Assembly (NCBI GenBank): GCA_033763315.1
Contig: JANRKS010000008.1
Span: 127,078 to 191,077, forward strand
Length of the DNA stretch: 64,000 nucleotides
Direction of reading: 5' to 3'
Source of the DNA: Deltaproteobacteria bacterium
GTDB lineage: Bacteria; Myxococcota_A; Polyangia; Fen-1088
Shown: positions 1-9,829 of the stretch, piece after piece
How positions within the stretch are numbered: the first letter of the stretch is position 1
Layout: the number at the start of each line of letters is the position of its first letter
Position numbers and translations under genes: made by a program
The notes under the pieces: model-generated
What the model was told of the DNA's origin: nothing
The model's input: only the letters and a program-made list of their open reading frames with translations
Databases searched by the model: none

Positions 1-75
1 GGTGTGCCTCCCACCGAATTTCTGGCGCGCGTTTCGGGTTCTTTCAAGACGACAGGGTGACCTTGGCGCACCGTA

Positions 76-1008
76 TTGGGTATGCAAAGCAAGAACGTTG
101 GAAAAGAGGCGCCCTTGGCAGGGCGGGTGGCGCTGGTGACTGGGGCCAGCCGTGGTGCGGGCAAGGGCATTGCGATTGAACTTGGTGCGGCGGGTGCCAC
201 CGTGTACGTCACCGGCCGCAGCACCCGACGCGATGGCTCGCCCTCGAGCTATGCGGACATCATGCGGCTATCAAATTTGTCGTTCCTGCCGGGCACCATT
301 GATGACACGGCCGATGAGGTCACACGTGCTGGCGGCCGAGGTGTGCCTTGCGTATGTGATCACTCTCGGGATGATCAGGTGGCAGCGTTGTTCGAGCGCA
401 TACTACGTGATGAAGGCCGCCTTGATGTGCTTGTGAACAACGCTTGGGGAGGCCACGAAGCGTTCGACGGCGTGTTCGAAGCGCCGTTTTGGGAGCGGCC
501 GCTTGGCGAATGGGACGCGATGATGGATCGTGGCGTGCGCAACCATTGGCTTGCCAGCCGTCACGCGGCGCCTTTGTTCGTCAAGCAGCGCAGCGGACTG
601 GTGGTGACGACCACGTTCTGGGATCGGGGGCGCTACCTTCACGGCAACCTGATGTACGATCTCGCCAAATCCGCGATGAGCCGGCTGGCGTTTGCCATTG
701 CCGAAGAACTGCGCGACCACGGTGCAACTTCCGTTGCCCTATCGCCGGGGTGGATGCGCACAGAGCTTGTCCTCGCCGGGCACAACACAGACGAGCAGCG
801 ATGGCAGGAGGTGCCCGCGCTTGCGGGGACTGAATCGCCGCGCTACCTCGGCCGTGCCGTGGTGGCCCTGGCCTGTGACTCCGGCACGCAGGCACGCACG
901 GGCCAAACACTGCGCGTGGCCGATCTCGCACGTGAGCTAGGTTTTACCGATGTGGACGGACGCTGGGTGCCATCTTTTGAATTGCCTGAACGGCAGGGCA
1001 CGCCGTAG
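76..1008 (+). CDS. SDR family NAD(P)-dependent oxidoreductase (DHRS1-like)
   Basis: TGASRGAG nucleotide-binding motif, LVNNA, catalytic YxxxK (YDLAK). True start may be the ATG at 82. Confidence 0.9.
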   Translation: MGMQSKNVGKEAPLAGRVALVTGASRGAGKGIAIELGAAGATVYVTGRSTRRDGSPSSYADIMRLSNLSFLPGTIDDTADEVTRAGGRGVPCVCDHSRDDQVAALFERILRDEGRLDVLVNNAWGGHEAFDGVFEAPFWERPLGEWDAMMDRGVRNHWLASRHAAPLFVKQRSGLVVTTTFWDRGRYLHGNLMYDLAKSAMSRLAFAIAEELRDHGATSVALSPGWMRTELVLAGHNTDEQRWQEVPALAGTESPRYLGRAVVALACDSGTQARTGQTLRVADLARELGFTDVDGRWVPSFELPERQGTP

Positions 1009-1037
1009 AGCGGCTTGAGGCACGACGTTGGTGTCGC

Positions 1038-3851
1038 TTAAGGCGCTTCTGACACACGCTCTGCGTCGCCTACCAGACGCAACCCCACGGGCAGCGCTTC
1101 CCCAAGCGCGATGTAAGCTTCGCGCGTCTCAAGCTCAACAACTTCAGTCACCATGCGGGCGGTTCGCTCTGCGCCCACGATGCCGCGCAAGCGCTGCCCC
1201 AGCCGCTCTCGCGTCGCTTCATTGATGTCGCGGCTGCGATCGTCCGTGCGGCGTCCCAGCTGCGCCATCGGAAACGCAGGCTTTCCAGACTCAGGCCAAT
1301 CCACGGCGATCAAAGCTTCGATCCAGTCGCTCACGCGCGCGGGGGGCACCACGGTGTCAAGCGGGCCGTACAAAGGCACGCGTGCGCCCAAACGGCCGAG
1401 CGCCCAGAAATAGCCGGCCTCACCGCGCACCCGTTTGCTCTCGATCATGCGACGTACCAACTCATCACCCAGCACCGCCTTCTGCGCCGCCGTGCAACGT
1501 TCAAGGTTGCCCAAACACCGCAGCATCTCGGCGGCTTCTTGGGGGCTGGGCTTCATTTCGTACCAGCGCTTCTTGCCCTGGCTGCTGGGCAAGAACAGCT
1601 GCGCCAACCGCAAGTACAGTTGATGTTGTTGCCCTTTGTTCAAACCGCCGGCAATGCGCCGCCACGTGATCCACCAACCCAGGCGGCACGCTTCATCTTT
1701 GGGGTGTTGCAGATCTTGGTGAAACACCACGCCCCACATTTGTTTGGCGCGCCATTCGTCGGCGGGTGCGCCGCAACCGGGGCGCAAGCAGAAGCCTGCG
1801 AGGTTGAGCCAACGCGCCTCGTGTTGGGCTGATTTGGTTCTAGCTTCCACCACCTCAAAAGCCGCATCAAAAAGCGCCCGCGCCACGCTCATGGACCATT
1901 GCTCGCGCGGCGTGCCCAGCACTTGCTCAAGGGACTTGATCAAACCGGGGATGGCGTCGGGTTGATCTTGAAATGCTGACTTGATCAAGCCCTGCGCTTG
2001 CAACACCTGCGGCTCGATCGATTCGGACTCGCCTACTTGTGCTTCTTGTTGTTGCACGCCGCCCGAACGCATGTCGAACGACAGCTTCCAGCGCAGCGGT
2101 TCGTTGCCCTCGCTGGCGTTGCTCTGTCGGCACCACAAATCAAGCGTGCCCATCTCGGTGGTGTGAACCTCGATCTGAACGTTTACCTGGGTGTGGCCGG
2201 GCGCGCGCGCGACTGTCACAAGCGGGGGCAATTCAAGCAAGTCGCTGCCGTCATCGATCGTTTCGGCCAAACCATCGCCGGCCGATACAACGGTGCCCGG
2301 CAGATCTTCCCTTGTGGTGGACGAGAACAAACGGAAACTCACGGGTCGGTTGGTGAGCAACACGAAGCTTCGATCCAGCTTCACCGATTGCCCGTCTTCA
2401 AGACCGCGCGGCGCCAAACACACGGCCCGTTCTGCACCGTCGCTGCGGCCCACGCCGATGTAAAAGCTGCGCGCCGTTCCGCCGCCAATGCGTGCGCCCA
2501 GACCGCGACGAACAAGACCGTAGTAGCTTGCCCCTTCGGCCACCGCCAATTCTGGCCGCAGACTCACAAGCTCACGCGGCGCGGGCGCGTCCGGTTGCCA
2601 CACAGCCAACTGTTCGATCACGCGTTTGCGCAGCGACAGCGGCGTCATAGCGCCACCGTTGAAAAGCACGGCGTCCACACGATTGACGTTGTGGCGCTGG
2701 AGGAACGACCCCAAGTGGCGTGTGATGGCCGGGTCGGCGGCATACGGCAAACCGTATTCTTGCAGGCCGCTGCGCGTGCGCTTGCGCGGCTCTTCTTTGC
2801 GCACCAAAGGAAAGAACCCATCGAACAACGTGCGCGAAATCAGATCGCGTGAAAGCTCGGTGGCAAGCGTGCCACCAATCAGCTTGGAACCGCGGCCAGG
2901 GATTGTGATCGGCAACGCTTTGCCACTTTCGTCGGCAAGCAGCTTCTCTTTGCCGAGGCGGCACGCATGCACCAAGGCGTGCCACTGCACAGAATCCAGC
3001 TTTTTGCCGCCACCACTTTCAGTGAGCGGTGCTTCCAGCCACTTCGCGAGAGTGAGATCGATGTTGTCGCCACCCAGCAACAAATGCTCGCCCACGGCGA
3101 CGCGCTCGAAGCTTTCACCATCTTCACCAACGGTAATGATCGTGAAGTCGCTGGTGCCACCCCCCACATCAAAAACCAAAACCGTGTCGCCCGCAGCAAG
3201 CTGCGTTTTGCTGGCGCGCGCGTGAATCCACGCGTAAAAAGCCGCCTGCGGCTCTTCCAGCAAAACCAGGTGAGGCAAGCCCGCTTTTTGCGCGGCGGCC
3301 ACCGTTAACTCGCGGGCCACTTCATCGAAGGAAGCGGGCACCGTCACGATCACCTCCTGGTCGGCGAACAGTGTGCCTTCTTGCTGCTTCCACGCATGAT
3401 CCCACGCGTGCGCCACATGCGAGAGGATCTGCGCCGACGCGTCCACCGGCGACAATTTACGGCCTTCGTTGACGCCCCAAGGAAGGATAGGCGCCTCACG
3501 ATTAACACCCGCGTGGCACAACCACGACTTGGCCGAAGCGATCATGTTCTGCGGCTGCCGCGCGCCTTCATTTCGGGCCAGCTCGCCCACGAAAGCGGCC
3601 GGTGCTGCCTGGCCCTCGGCTTGCGCGTTGTTGTGCCACGGCAGCGTTACCTGCGCCCGCGTAAAGTCATGGCCTGACAACAGGTAAACGAACGACGGCA
3701 GCTGCGTGCGTGTTGCCACTTCACCGGCGGCGATGAGTTGCGGTATGGCAAACACTTGCACGCGCTGGTCGGCGGCCTGCATGTCAACAAACGCCACCGC
3801 TGTGTTTGTGGTGCCAAGGTCGATGCCGATAACAAAACGAGACTGTTTCAC
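1038..3851 (-). CDS. Atypical Hsp70-family protein with long C-terminal helical extension (DUF3731-type)
   Basis: GIDLGTTN, TVPASF, EEPQAA, DVGGGT, LGGDNID and FNGG actin-like ATPase motifs, plus ~330 extra C-terminal residues (RWLNLAGFCLRPG, WALGRLGAR). Confidence 0.88.
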   Translation of the reverse strand: MKQSRFVIGIDLGTTNTAVAFVDMQAADQRVQVFAIPQLIAAGEVATRTQLPSFVYLLSGHDFTRAQVTLPWHNNAQAEGQAAPAAFVGELARNEGARQPQNMIASAKSWLCHAGVNREAPILPWGVNEGRKLSPVDASAQILSHVAHAWDHAWKQQEGTLFADQEVIVTVPASFDEVARELTVAAAQKAGLPHLVLLEEPQAAFYAWIHARASKTQLAAGDTVLVFDVGGGTSDFTIITVGEDGESFERVAVGEHLLLGGDNIDLTLAKWLEAPLTESGGGKKLDSVQWHALVHACRLGKEKLLADESGKALPITIPGRGSKLIGGTLATELSRDLISRTLFDGFFPLVRKEEPRKRTRSGLQEYGLPYAADPAITRHLGSFLQRHNVNRVDAVLFNGGAMTPLSLRKRVIEQLAVWQPDAPAPRELVSLRPELAVAEGASYYGLVRRGLGARIGGGTARSFYIGVGRSDGAERAVCLAPRGLEDGQSVKLDRSFVLLTNRPVSFRLFSSTTREDLPGTVVSAGDGLAETIDDGSDLLELPPLVTVARAPGHTQVNVQIEVHTTEMGTLDLWCRQSNASEGNEPLRWKLSFDMRSGGVQQQEAQVGESESIEPQVLQAQGLIKSAFQDQPDAIPGLIKSLEQVLGTPREQWSMSVARALFDAAFEVVEARTKSAQHEARWLNLAGFCLRPGCGAPADEWRAKQMWGVVFHQDLQHPKDEACRLGWWITWRRIAGGLNKGQQHQLYLRLAQLFLPSSQGKKRWYEMKPSPQEAAEMLRCLGNLERCTAAQKAVLGDELVRRMIESKRVRGEAGYFWALGRLGARVPLYGPLDTVVPPARVSDWIEALIAVDWPESGKPAFPMAQLGRRTDDRSRDINEATRERLGQRLRGIVGAERTARMVTEVVELETREAYIALGEALPVGLRLVGDAERVSEAP

Positions 3852-5680
3852 CGATCTTCCTTGTGGCGAACCGAGTATTCAAGCTTCCATCGGCCCTCGT
3901 TGTGGGCGCCCATCGCGTCACGCGACACACACCAAAGCTCTAGCGTGCCAAGTTCAGTCACACGCGATTCAAGCGCCACCGGGATGGCGTCACCCGTGTG
4001 CGCATCACCACTGGCGGGAAGCAGGGTGTGCACGGGTGCAAGTTCAACTAGTTCTGCTTGCTCTGGATCCACAAGCGTTCCAGCAACATCTTGCTTGCGT
4101 TCGCTGGAGGCGAAGAAACGAAATTCCGCTGTCTCACCCACCACCAACCCCAGATCTTCTTCAGGCAGCTTCACCGCGGTGCCCTCCTCCATGCCGAAGG
4201 GCGCCACACACAACGCCTTGATCGGCGGAGGGAATCCCGGAATGGCCGGCCTCGCAGACTCGATGCCGATGTAATAAGCGCGCGCCGTGCCCCCTCGAAT
4301 GCGGATGCCCCTGCCCTGCCGAACCAAGCCGTAGTAGACCGCACCCAACGCCACCGCCATATCCAAGTCGGTGCCGGTGAGAATGGGCGTGTCGTTGCGT
4401 CCGGCCCATAGACCCACTGCCTGGGTCACGCGATCACGCAGCAAAGGTGATTGCATGACGCCGCCGTTGAACAACACGGCGCTTGGTCGTTGCCCGTGCC
4501 TCGATAGAAATTCGGCCAGATGTCGCGTCACTGCAGCATCATTTGCATAGGGAAGGCCGAGTTCTCTTAAGCCCGCGCCGCGGCGCTTGAGCGGCCGCGC
4601 GTCCGCGGGCACGAACGGGAAGAAACCCTCAAGCACAAAATGATGAACCTGCTCTTGCGTTAACTCGGTACGCAAAGTGCCACCGATGAGCTTGGTGCTG
4701 CGGCCAAGAATCGTGATCGGCACCGAGGGGGGTGGCTGTGATGACAAGAGTTGCTCTTTGGCGCGCCGGCAGGCGAACACCAGAGCGCGGTGTTGCATCG
4801 GTGAAAGCTTGGCGCCCGCCTCGCCCAGTTGCTGCATGCACAGGTGGGCCAGCGCCAGATCCATGTTGTCGCCGCCAAGCAAGATGTGGTCACCCACCGC
4901 CACCCGCTCAAGCGCCAGGTTGCCTGTGCCGTCATCGTTGGCCTTGATGATAGAGAAGTCGGTGGTGCCACCTCCCACGTCGCACACCAGTACCGAGTCA
5001 TTCGGCTTAAGGCGTTGCCTCCACGCGTCTTGGCTGTGAGCGAGCCACGCATAAAAGGCGGCCTGCGGCTCTTCGAGCAACGTGACGTTTTCGAGACCGG
5101 CTTGCCGCGCGGCCACCATAGTCAGCTCCTTGGCCACGGCATCGAACGAAGCGGGCACGGTGACGAGAACGTCTTGCTCTTCAAGCGGCGCATCGGGGTG
5201 TGCATGGTTCCATGCGTCCCTAATGTGCGAAAGGTACATCGAAGAGGCTTCAACCGGCGAAAGCCGCGCGCCTTCATCAGGTTGATCGAACTCTGCATCA
5301 GTTGATTGCACCTGGGCCCCGCGCCACGGCAGCAGAGCCGCCGTGCGATCGATTCCAGGATGCGACAGCCACGACTTAGCCGATGAAATCACCCGGTGTG
5401 GCAACTCGGCCCCGCGCTCACGCGCAAACAAACCCACTGTGTGCGAAGGTTCATCCACCCACGGCAATGACATCTCGCGCGCGGCCACTTCGTGTTCGCT
5501 GGGCAACAACAAGAACGAAGGCAGCGTGGCCTTGCTTTGCACAACCCCTGCGGCAACCGCTTGGGTGACGGCGAAAGGTTCAATGCGCGGCGGCCCTCCC
5601 TGTTCGAGAGCCGCCGTATCCACGGCAGCCACCGCGCAATTGGTGGTGCCTAAATCAATCCCAACGATGAAACGAGCCAT
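3848..5680 (-). CDS. Atypical Hsp70-family protein
   Basis: Start re-set to MARFIVGIDLGTTN (ATG at 5680). Same Hsp70 NBD motifs; evident paralog of the downstream gene, which it overlaps by 4 nt. Confidence 0.88.
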   Translation of the reverse strand: MARFIVGIDLGTTNCAVAAVDTAALEQGGPPRIEPFAVTQAVAAGVVQSKATLPSFLLLPSEHEVAAREMSLPWVDEPSHTVGLFARERGAELPHRVISSAKSWLSHPGIDRTAALLPWRGAQVQSTDAEFDQPDEGARLSPVEASSMYLSHIRDAWNHAHPDAPLEEQDVLVTVPASFDAVAKELTMVAARQAGLENVTLLEEPQAAFYAWLAHSQDAWRQRLKPNDSVLVCDVGGGTTDFSIIKANDDGTGNLALERVAVGDHILLGGDNMDLALAHLCMQQLGEAGAKLSPMQHRALVFACRRAKEQLLSSQPPPSVPITILGRSTKLIGGTLRTELTQEQVHHFVLEGFFPFVPADARPLKRRGAGLRELGLPYANDAAVTRHLAEFLSRHGQRPSAVLFNGGVMQSPLLRDRVTQAVGLWAGRNDTPILTGTDLDMAVALGAVYYGLVRQGRGIRIRGGTARAYYIGIESARPAIPGFPPPIKALCVAPFGMEEGTAVKLPEEDLGLVVGETAEFRFFASSERKQDVAGTLVDPEQAELVELAPVHTLLPASGDAHTGDAIPVALESRVTELGTLELWCVSRDAMGAHNEGRWKLEYSVRHKEDR

Positions 5681-5711
5681 CTGAGTGTCTTGTCCTATTT
5701 GGCAAACGCGC

Positions 5712-6299
5712 CTAAGCCACGCGCACTTCGGCAGGCGCAAGCACCCTTCGATCCACGCCGTCACTCAGATGAGGAAAGCGAACCTCCACGGCACGCCAGC
5801 CGTGATGAACCAGCGTGCCTCGAAACGGCGGTGCGCCGCGTGTTTCGCCTAAGAGCCGCACTTCTGCCGGATCAAACCCAGCCGGCACAACCACAGCCGA
5901 TTCCTCTTGCCCTGGCAAAACCGGTTCAAGTTTCAAGTGCACCTCCAGCACCTTGCGGCAGCCCCGGTGCACGTCACGTACGGCCGCGCCAATGTCTTGA
6001 TCGCGGTAGCCGTCGAGCGACTCACGCATAAAGTCCACAAAACGACCCTCGCGCTGAAGCAATGACAGCAACGCCAAGGCGCCTTCGCCTCTGAGACCGG
6101 CTTTATCCACGTTCGCGTTCACAGGCTTGGCCGGCGGGGGCTGGGCGGGCACGAGCTCAACGACGGGAAGAGGCGTTGGTGGGGGCGGGGCAGGCGACGG
6201 CCGCAGCTCTTCCGGCAAGAACGGCGCGATTTGAGGGGGCAAACGCCCGCGAAACAGCAAGGCAAAGAAACAGACGAAGGCCAGGTAGATTCTAGTCAT
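5712..6299 (-). CDS. DUF2760 domain-containing protein
   Basis: LLSLLQREGRFVDF and GFDP..VRLLG...PPFRGTLVHHGW motifs; N-terminal hydrophobic segment and Pro-rich linker; sits directly upstream of two Hsp70 genes, the context I associate with this family. Confidence 0.8.
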   Translation of the reverse strand: MTRIYLAFVCFFALLFRGRLPPQIAPFLPEELRPSPAPPPPTPLPVVELVPAQPPPAKPVNANVDKAGLRGEGALALLSLLQREGRFVDFMRESLDGYRDQDIGAAVRDVHRGCRKVLEVHLKLEPVLPGQEESAVVVPAGFDPAEVRLLGETRGAPPFRGTLVHHGWRAVEVRFPHLSDGVDRRVLAPAEVRVA

Positions 6300-6433
6300 G
6301 GGCGATCCGGGCGGTAGTTTGACCACCAAGCGGCGCAGCACAAGGGGCAGGTGTGCGCCGCCCTAACTCAACGCGGCTTTGGGACGAGGCCATTTGCTTT
6401 GCACCTTCGCCCCCGTAGCGCTATGACCGCGGC

Positions 6434-7393
6434 GTGACGCCCATTCGGTATCAACGGCTTACCACTTTCGTCATTTTGGCCAACTTGGCCGTCATCGTCT
6501 GGGGCGCCTTCGTGCGCGCGTCGGGCTCGGGGGCCGGGTGTGGCAACCACTGGCCCATGTGCAACGGCCAGGTGCTGCCGGCGATGGGAAGCACAAAGAC
6601 GATGATCGAGTTTACCCACCGGGTAACGTCGGGCCTCGCTTTGATTGGCGTGGTTCTGCAATATGTCTTCGCGCGACGCTTGTTCGCCAAAGGCACCGCC
6701 GCGCGGCGAGCTGCGGGCTTTGCGCTCCTGTTCATCGTGACCGAAGCGTTGGTGGGTGCGGGCTTGGTGCTATTCGAGATGGTGGCGCACAACAAATCGG
6801 TGGCGCGTGCGTGGTGGATGACGGCGCACCTGCTCAACACGTTCGCTTTGGTGGCGGCGTTGACGCTCGCGTGGTGGCACGCGCGCCCGCGCAAGCCCTT
6901 GGTGTTGCCCACGCATCGCTATGTCGCGCTTTCGAATCTGTGTTTGGCGGGCGTCACCATTGTGGCCCTGTCGGGAGCGATCGCGGCCTTGGGCGATACA
7001 TTATTTCCTGCGTCAAGCTTGGCCGCGGGCTTTGCCCACGACTTCATCGCCACGGCGCACCTGTTTGTGCGTTTGCGCATCTGGCACCCATTCTTGGCCG
7101 TCAGTGTGGGCGCGTTGTTGCTTGCCGTCAGCGGCCGCTTGCTGCTGGCCGAGGGATTCGAAGGCGTACGCAACACGGCCACCGCCATAGCGGCGCTGGT
7201 GGTGTTGCAACTGTCGCTCGGCATCGTGAATCTGTTGCTGTTGGCCCCGGTGCCGTTGCAGCTGATTCATCTGCTGGTGGCCGACCTGCTGTGGATGACG
7301 CTTGTGGTTTTGCGCGCGCAAATGGGCGCTGCCGCGAAGCTGCCCCAAGTGGCCGGCGTGCACGTGCCGGCACCCCGCCTTCACACTTCTTAA
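6434..7393 (+). CDS. ctaA: Heme A synthase (COX15/CtaA family)
   Basis: GSGAGCGNHWPMCNG Cys pair, EFTHR, further membrane His residues, ~8 hydrophobic segments. Confidence 0.85.
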   Translation: MTPIRYQRLTTFVILANLAVIVWGAFVRASGSGAGCGNHWPMCNGQVLPAMGSTKTMIEFTHRVTSGLALIGVVLQYVFARRLFAKGTAARRAAGFALLFIVTEALVGAGLVLFEMVAHNKSVARAWWMTAHLLNTFALVAALTLAWWHARPRKPLVLPTHRYVALSNLCLAGVTIVALSGAIAALGDTLFPASSLAAGFAHDFIATAHLFVRLRIWHPFLAVSVGALLLAVSGRLLLAEGFEGVRNTATAIAALVVLQLSLGIVNLLLLAPVPLQLIHLLVADLLWMTLVVLRAQMGAAAKLPQVAGVHVPAPRLHTS

Positions 7394-7477
7394 CACGCAC
7401 CCGCGCAAGCCCTTAACACTGGGGCTGCATTGTTCTTCCTGTGGGCACAACGCCCAGAAACCACAGGAGATGAACAG

Positions 7478-8059
7478 ATGATTGGATGCGCGATTGTTGG
7501 TGGGCTGCTGTTTTTGGGTGCAGCCAAGATGATTCACCGCCACCGGTATGGTTATGCGTGCGGCGGCCGTTGGGCCAACCACGGCTGCCACGGCCATGCG
7601 CGGTTCGGCCACGGCTATGGCGGGCCCAGCGGCTTTGGCGGGTACGGCGGCAGCGAACATACAGGCGACATGAACGACCAAGGACCCGAAACCTGGGAGC
7701 GTGGAGGGCCCCCGCGGTGGATCTTGAACCGCGTGTTGTCGCGGCTGCAAACCAGCCCCTCGCAAAGCCGCGAAGTAACCGCCGCATTCGAGGAATTTAC
7801 CGATGAAATCAAGGAGCTGCGTGGCGAGGGCAAACGCACGCGCGAAGATCTATCAAAGGCATTGCGCAACGCCGTGTTTGACGAAGTCCTGTTGGGTGAG
7901 CTTTACGCCCGCCACGACAACGTCATCGAAAAGGGGCGCAAGGCATTTGTGGGGCTGCTGGCGCGCGTTCATGGCGTGCTTGAAGAAGAACAGCGCGAGC
8001 GGTTGGCAGACCTGCTCGACAAAGGGCCGCGATTTTGGCGGCATCGGGCGAACTGGTAG
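7478..8059 (+). CDS. CpxP/Spy/ZraP-like accessory protein with His/Gly-rich N-terminal region
   Basis: AGGAG RBS upstream of the ATG; hydrophobic N-terminus; His/Gly-rich stretch; helical C-terminal half with LQTSPSQ and HGVLEEEQR (LTxxQ-like); directly precedes a two-component pair. Confidence 0.6.
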   Translation: MIGCAIVGGLLFLGAAKMIHRHRYGYACGGRWANHGCHGHARFGHGYGGPSGFGGYGGSEHTGDMNDQGPETWERGGPPRWILNRVLSRLQTSPSQSREVTAAFEEFTDEIKELRGEGKRTREDLSKALRNAVFDEVLLGELYARHDNVIEKGRKAFVGLLARVHGVLEEEQRERLADLLDKGPRFWRHRANW

Positions 8060-8068
8060 GCTAGGCCG

Positions 8069-8758
8069 GTGAGCCTGCGAATCCTCCTCATCGACGACGA
8101 CGTGCGATTGTTTGAAGTGCTGGCCACGTACTTAGGCCCGAACGGGGTGGTGCTTGAACACGCCCCGGACGGGCCGCGCGGCCTGCAAGCGCTCGAACGC
8201 GGTGTGTTCGATGGTGTTTTGTTGGACGTGATGATGCCGGGCATGGATGGGCTGGAGGTGTGCCGCCGCTTGCGCGCCAAAAGCCGCATCCCCGTGATCA
8301 TGCTTACGGCGAAAGGCGATGAGGCCGACCGCGTGGTGGGTTTGGAGATCGGTGCGGACGATTATGTAGCGAAGCCGTTTTCGCCGCGCGAACTGCTGGC
8401 ACGACTGCGGGCGCTGATGCGTCGATCACAACCCGATGTGCAAGCGGAGCTGCTTGTGCTCGCCGGGCTGCACATTGAGGTGGGCGCACGGGTGGTTCGC
8501 AAAGGCGCTGACGTGCTGGATCTGACGGCGATCGAGTTCGATATTCTGTTGGCACTCGCACGCCGTGCGGGGCGCGTGGTGCCACGCGAGGCCCTGCTCT
8601 CCGAGGCGGGCCGCGGTGACATCGCGGTTAGCGATCGAACCGTTGACGTGCATGTGTCACACCTGCGCCGCAAACTGGGCGACGACCCTCGCACGCCCAC
8701 ACTTATCAAAACGGTGCGTGGCATAGGGTATGTGATGGCGAAAGACGGTTCACAGTGA
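8069..8758 (+). CDS. OmpR/CpxR-family response regulator
   Basis: Receiver motifs (IDDD, LDVMMP, KPF) and winged-helix C-terminus (RTVDVHVSHLRRKL, TVRGIGY). Confidence 0.93.
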   Translation: MSLRILLIDDDVRLFEVLATYLGPNGVVLEHAPDGPRGLQALERGVFDGVLLDVMMPGMDGLEVCRRLRAKSRIPVIMLTAKGDEADRVVGLEIGADDYVAKPFSPRELLARLRALMRRSQPDVQAELLVLAGLHIEVGARVVRKGADVLDLTAIEFDILLALARRAGRVVPREALLSEAGRGDIAVSDRTVDVHVSHLRRKLGDDPRTPTLIKTVRGIGYVMAKDGSQ

Positions 8759-9825
8759 AACAGCAGCGCGTGCGCGACGAAGATTGTGGCCCGCCGTGGA
8801 TGAAAAGCATGCCGCCGCGGACCGCACCGCGCAGCGCTTGGCGTGCGTTTCGCCACGATCTGCGGCTTTATTACGGCGCGCATCTGCATCGCCGTTTGTT
8901 CTTGTGGTTTGGCTTCGCCATCTTTATCACCATCGCCAGCGTCGAGTTTACGGCCCGCTGGCACGATCATTCGTGGGCAAGCCGCCCGCATCCCAAATCG
9001 TGGTTCCTGATTATTCCCGCTGTGATCTTGTGGATGGCGTCGGGCAAAGTGGCCCGCCGTATTTCGCGGCCGCTTTATCAGTTGGTTCAAGTTTCAAAAG
9101 ACATTGGCAACGGCAATCTGCAAGCGCGGGCGCGCCTTCACCATGGCGGCTTCGATGAGATCGCCGTGCTGTCCGGATCGATCAACGACATGGCGGCGCG
9201 CATTGAAAAGCAGCTTGCCGATCAACGCGAACTGTTGGCGGGCGTGTCACACGAGCTGCGCACGCCGTTGGCCCGGCTGCGCGTGCTGATGGAAATCGTG
9301 CGCGAGCGCGGCTCGGGTGGCGACACGATCGATCAAATGGAGCGCGAGGTGGTTGAGATCGATGCCCTGGTGGCCGAGCTGTTGGCCAGCGCGCGTTTAG
9401 ACTTTCAAACCGTCGACAAACGGGCGCTGCAAATCGCCGATGTGGCCCAACGCGCGCTTGAGCGTGCCGGCGTGCCGGTGACGTGTCTTCAAGTGCAAAA
9501 CGAAATAGGCACCTTGCGGGCCGACCCCACCCTGCTGGCACGGGCGTTGGCAAATCTGTTGGATAATGCGCTAAAACACGGCAAAGGCGTGGCGCACGTG
9601 CGGGTGTTTCAAGAGGGCGCCGACGTGGCTTTCGAGGTTCAAGATCACGGCGCCGGGTTTCCAGCCGATGCGCTTAGCGAGGAAGCAAGCCCGCGGCCGT
9701 CTCAAGAATCGTTGGGGCTAGGCTTGGTTCTGGTGCGCCGGATTGCGAAAGCGCACGGCGGCTCGCTGCAGCTCGCGAACAGCGATGGCGGCGGGCGCGC
9801 GGTGCTGCGTTTGCCTTTGGCTTGA
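8755..9825 (+). CDS. HAMP-domain sensor histidine kinase
   Basis: Two TM segments, HAMP, H-box SHELRTPL, N-box NLLDNALKH, DHGAG and GLGL boxes; 4-nt overlap with the regulator. Confidence 0.92.
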   Translation: MKQQRVRDEDCGPPWMKSMPPRTAPRSAWRAFRHDLRLYYGAHLHRRLFLWFGFAIFITIASVEFTARWHDHSWASRPHPKSWFLIIPAVILWMASGKVARRISRPLYQLVQVSKDIGNGNLQARARLHHGGFDEIAVLSGSINDMAARIEKQLADQRELLAGVSHELRTPLARLRVLMEIVRERGSGGDTIDQMEREVVEIDALVAELLASARLDFQTVDKRALQIADVAQRALERAGVPVTCLQVQNEIGTLRADPTLLARALANLLDNALKHGKGVAHVRVFQEGADVAFEVQDHGAGFPADALSEEASPRPSQESLGLGLVLVRRIAKAHGGSLQLANSDGGGRAVLRLPLA

Positions 9826-9829
9826 AGAT

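Noticed and set aside
7195-7280. E. coli Chi octamers GCTGGTGG near recBCD
   Set aside because: Inside a Leu-Val coding context in GC-rich DNA; Chi is lineage-specific, so there is no support for function.
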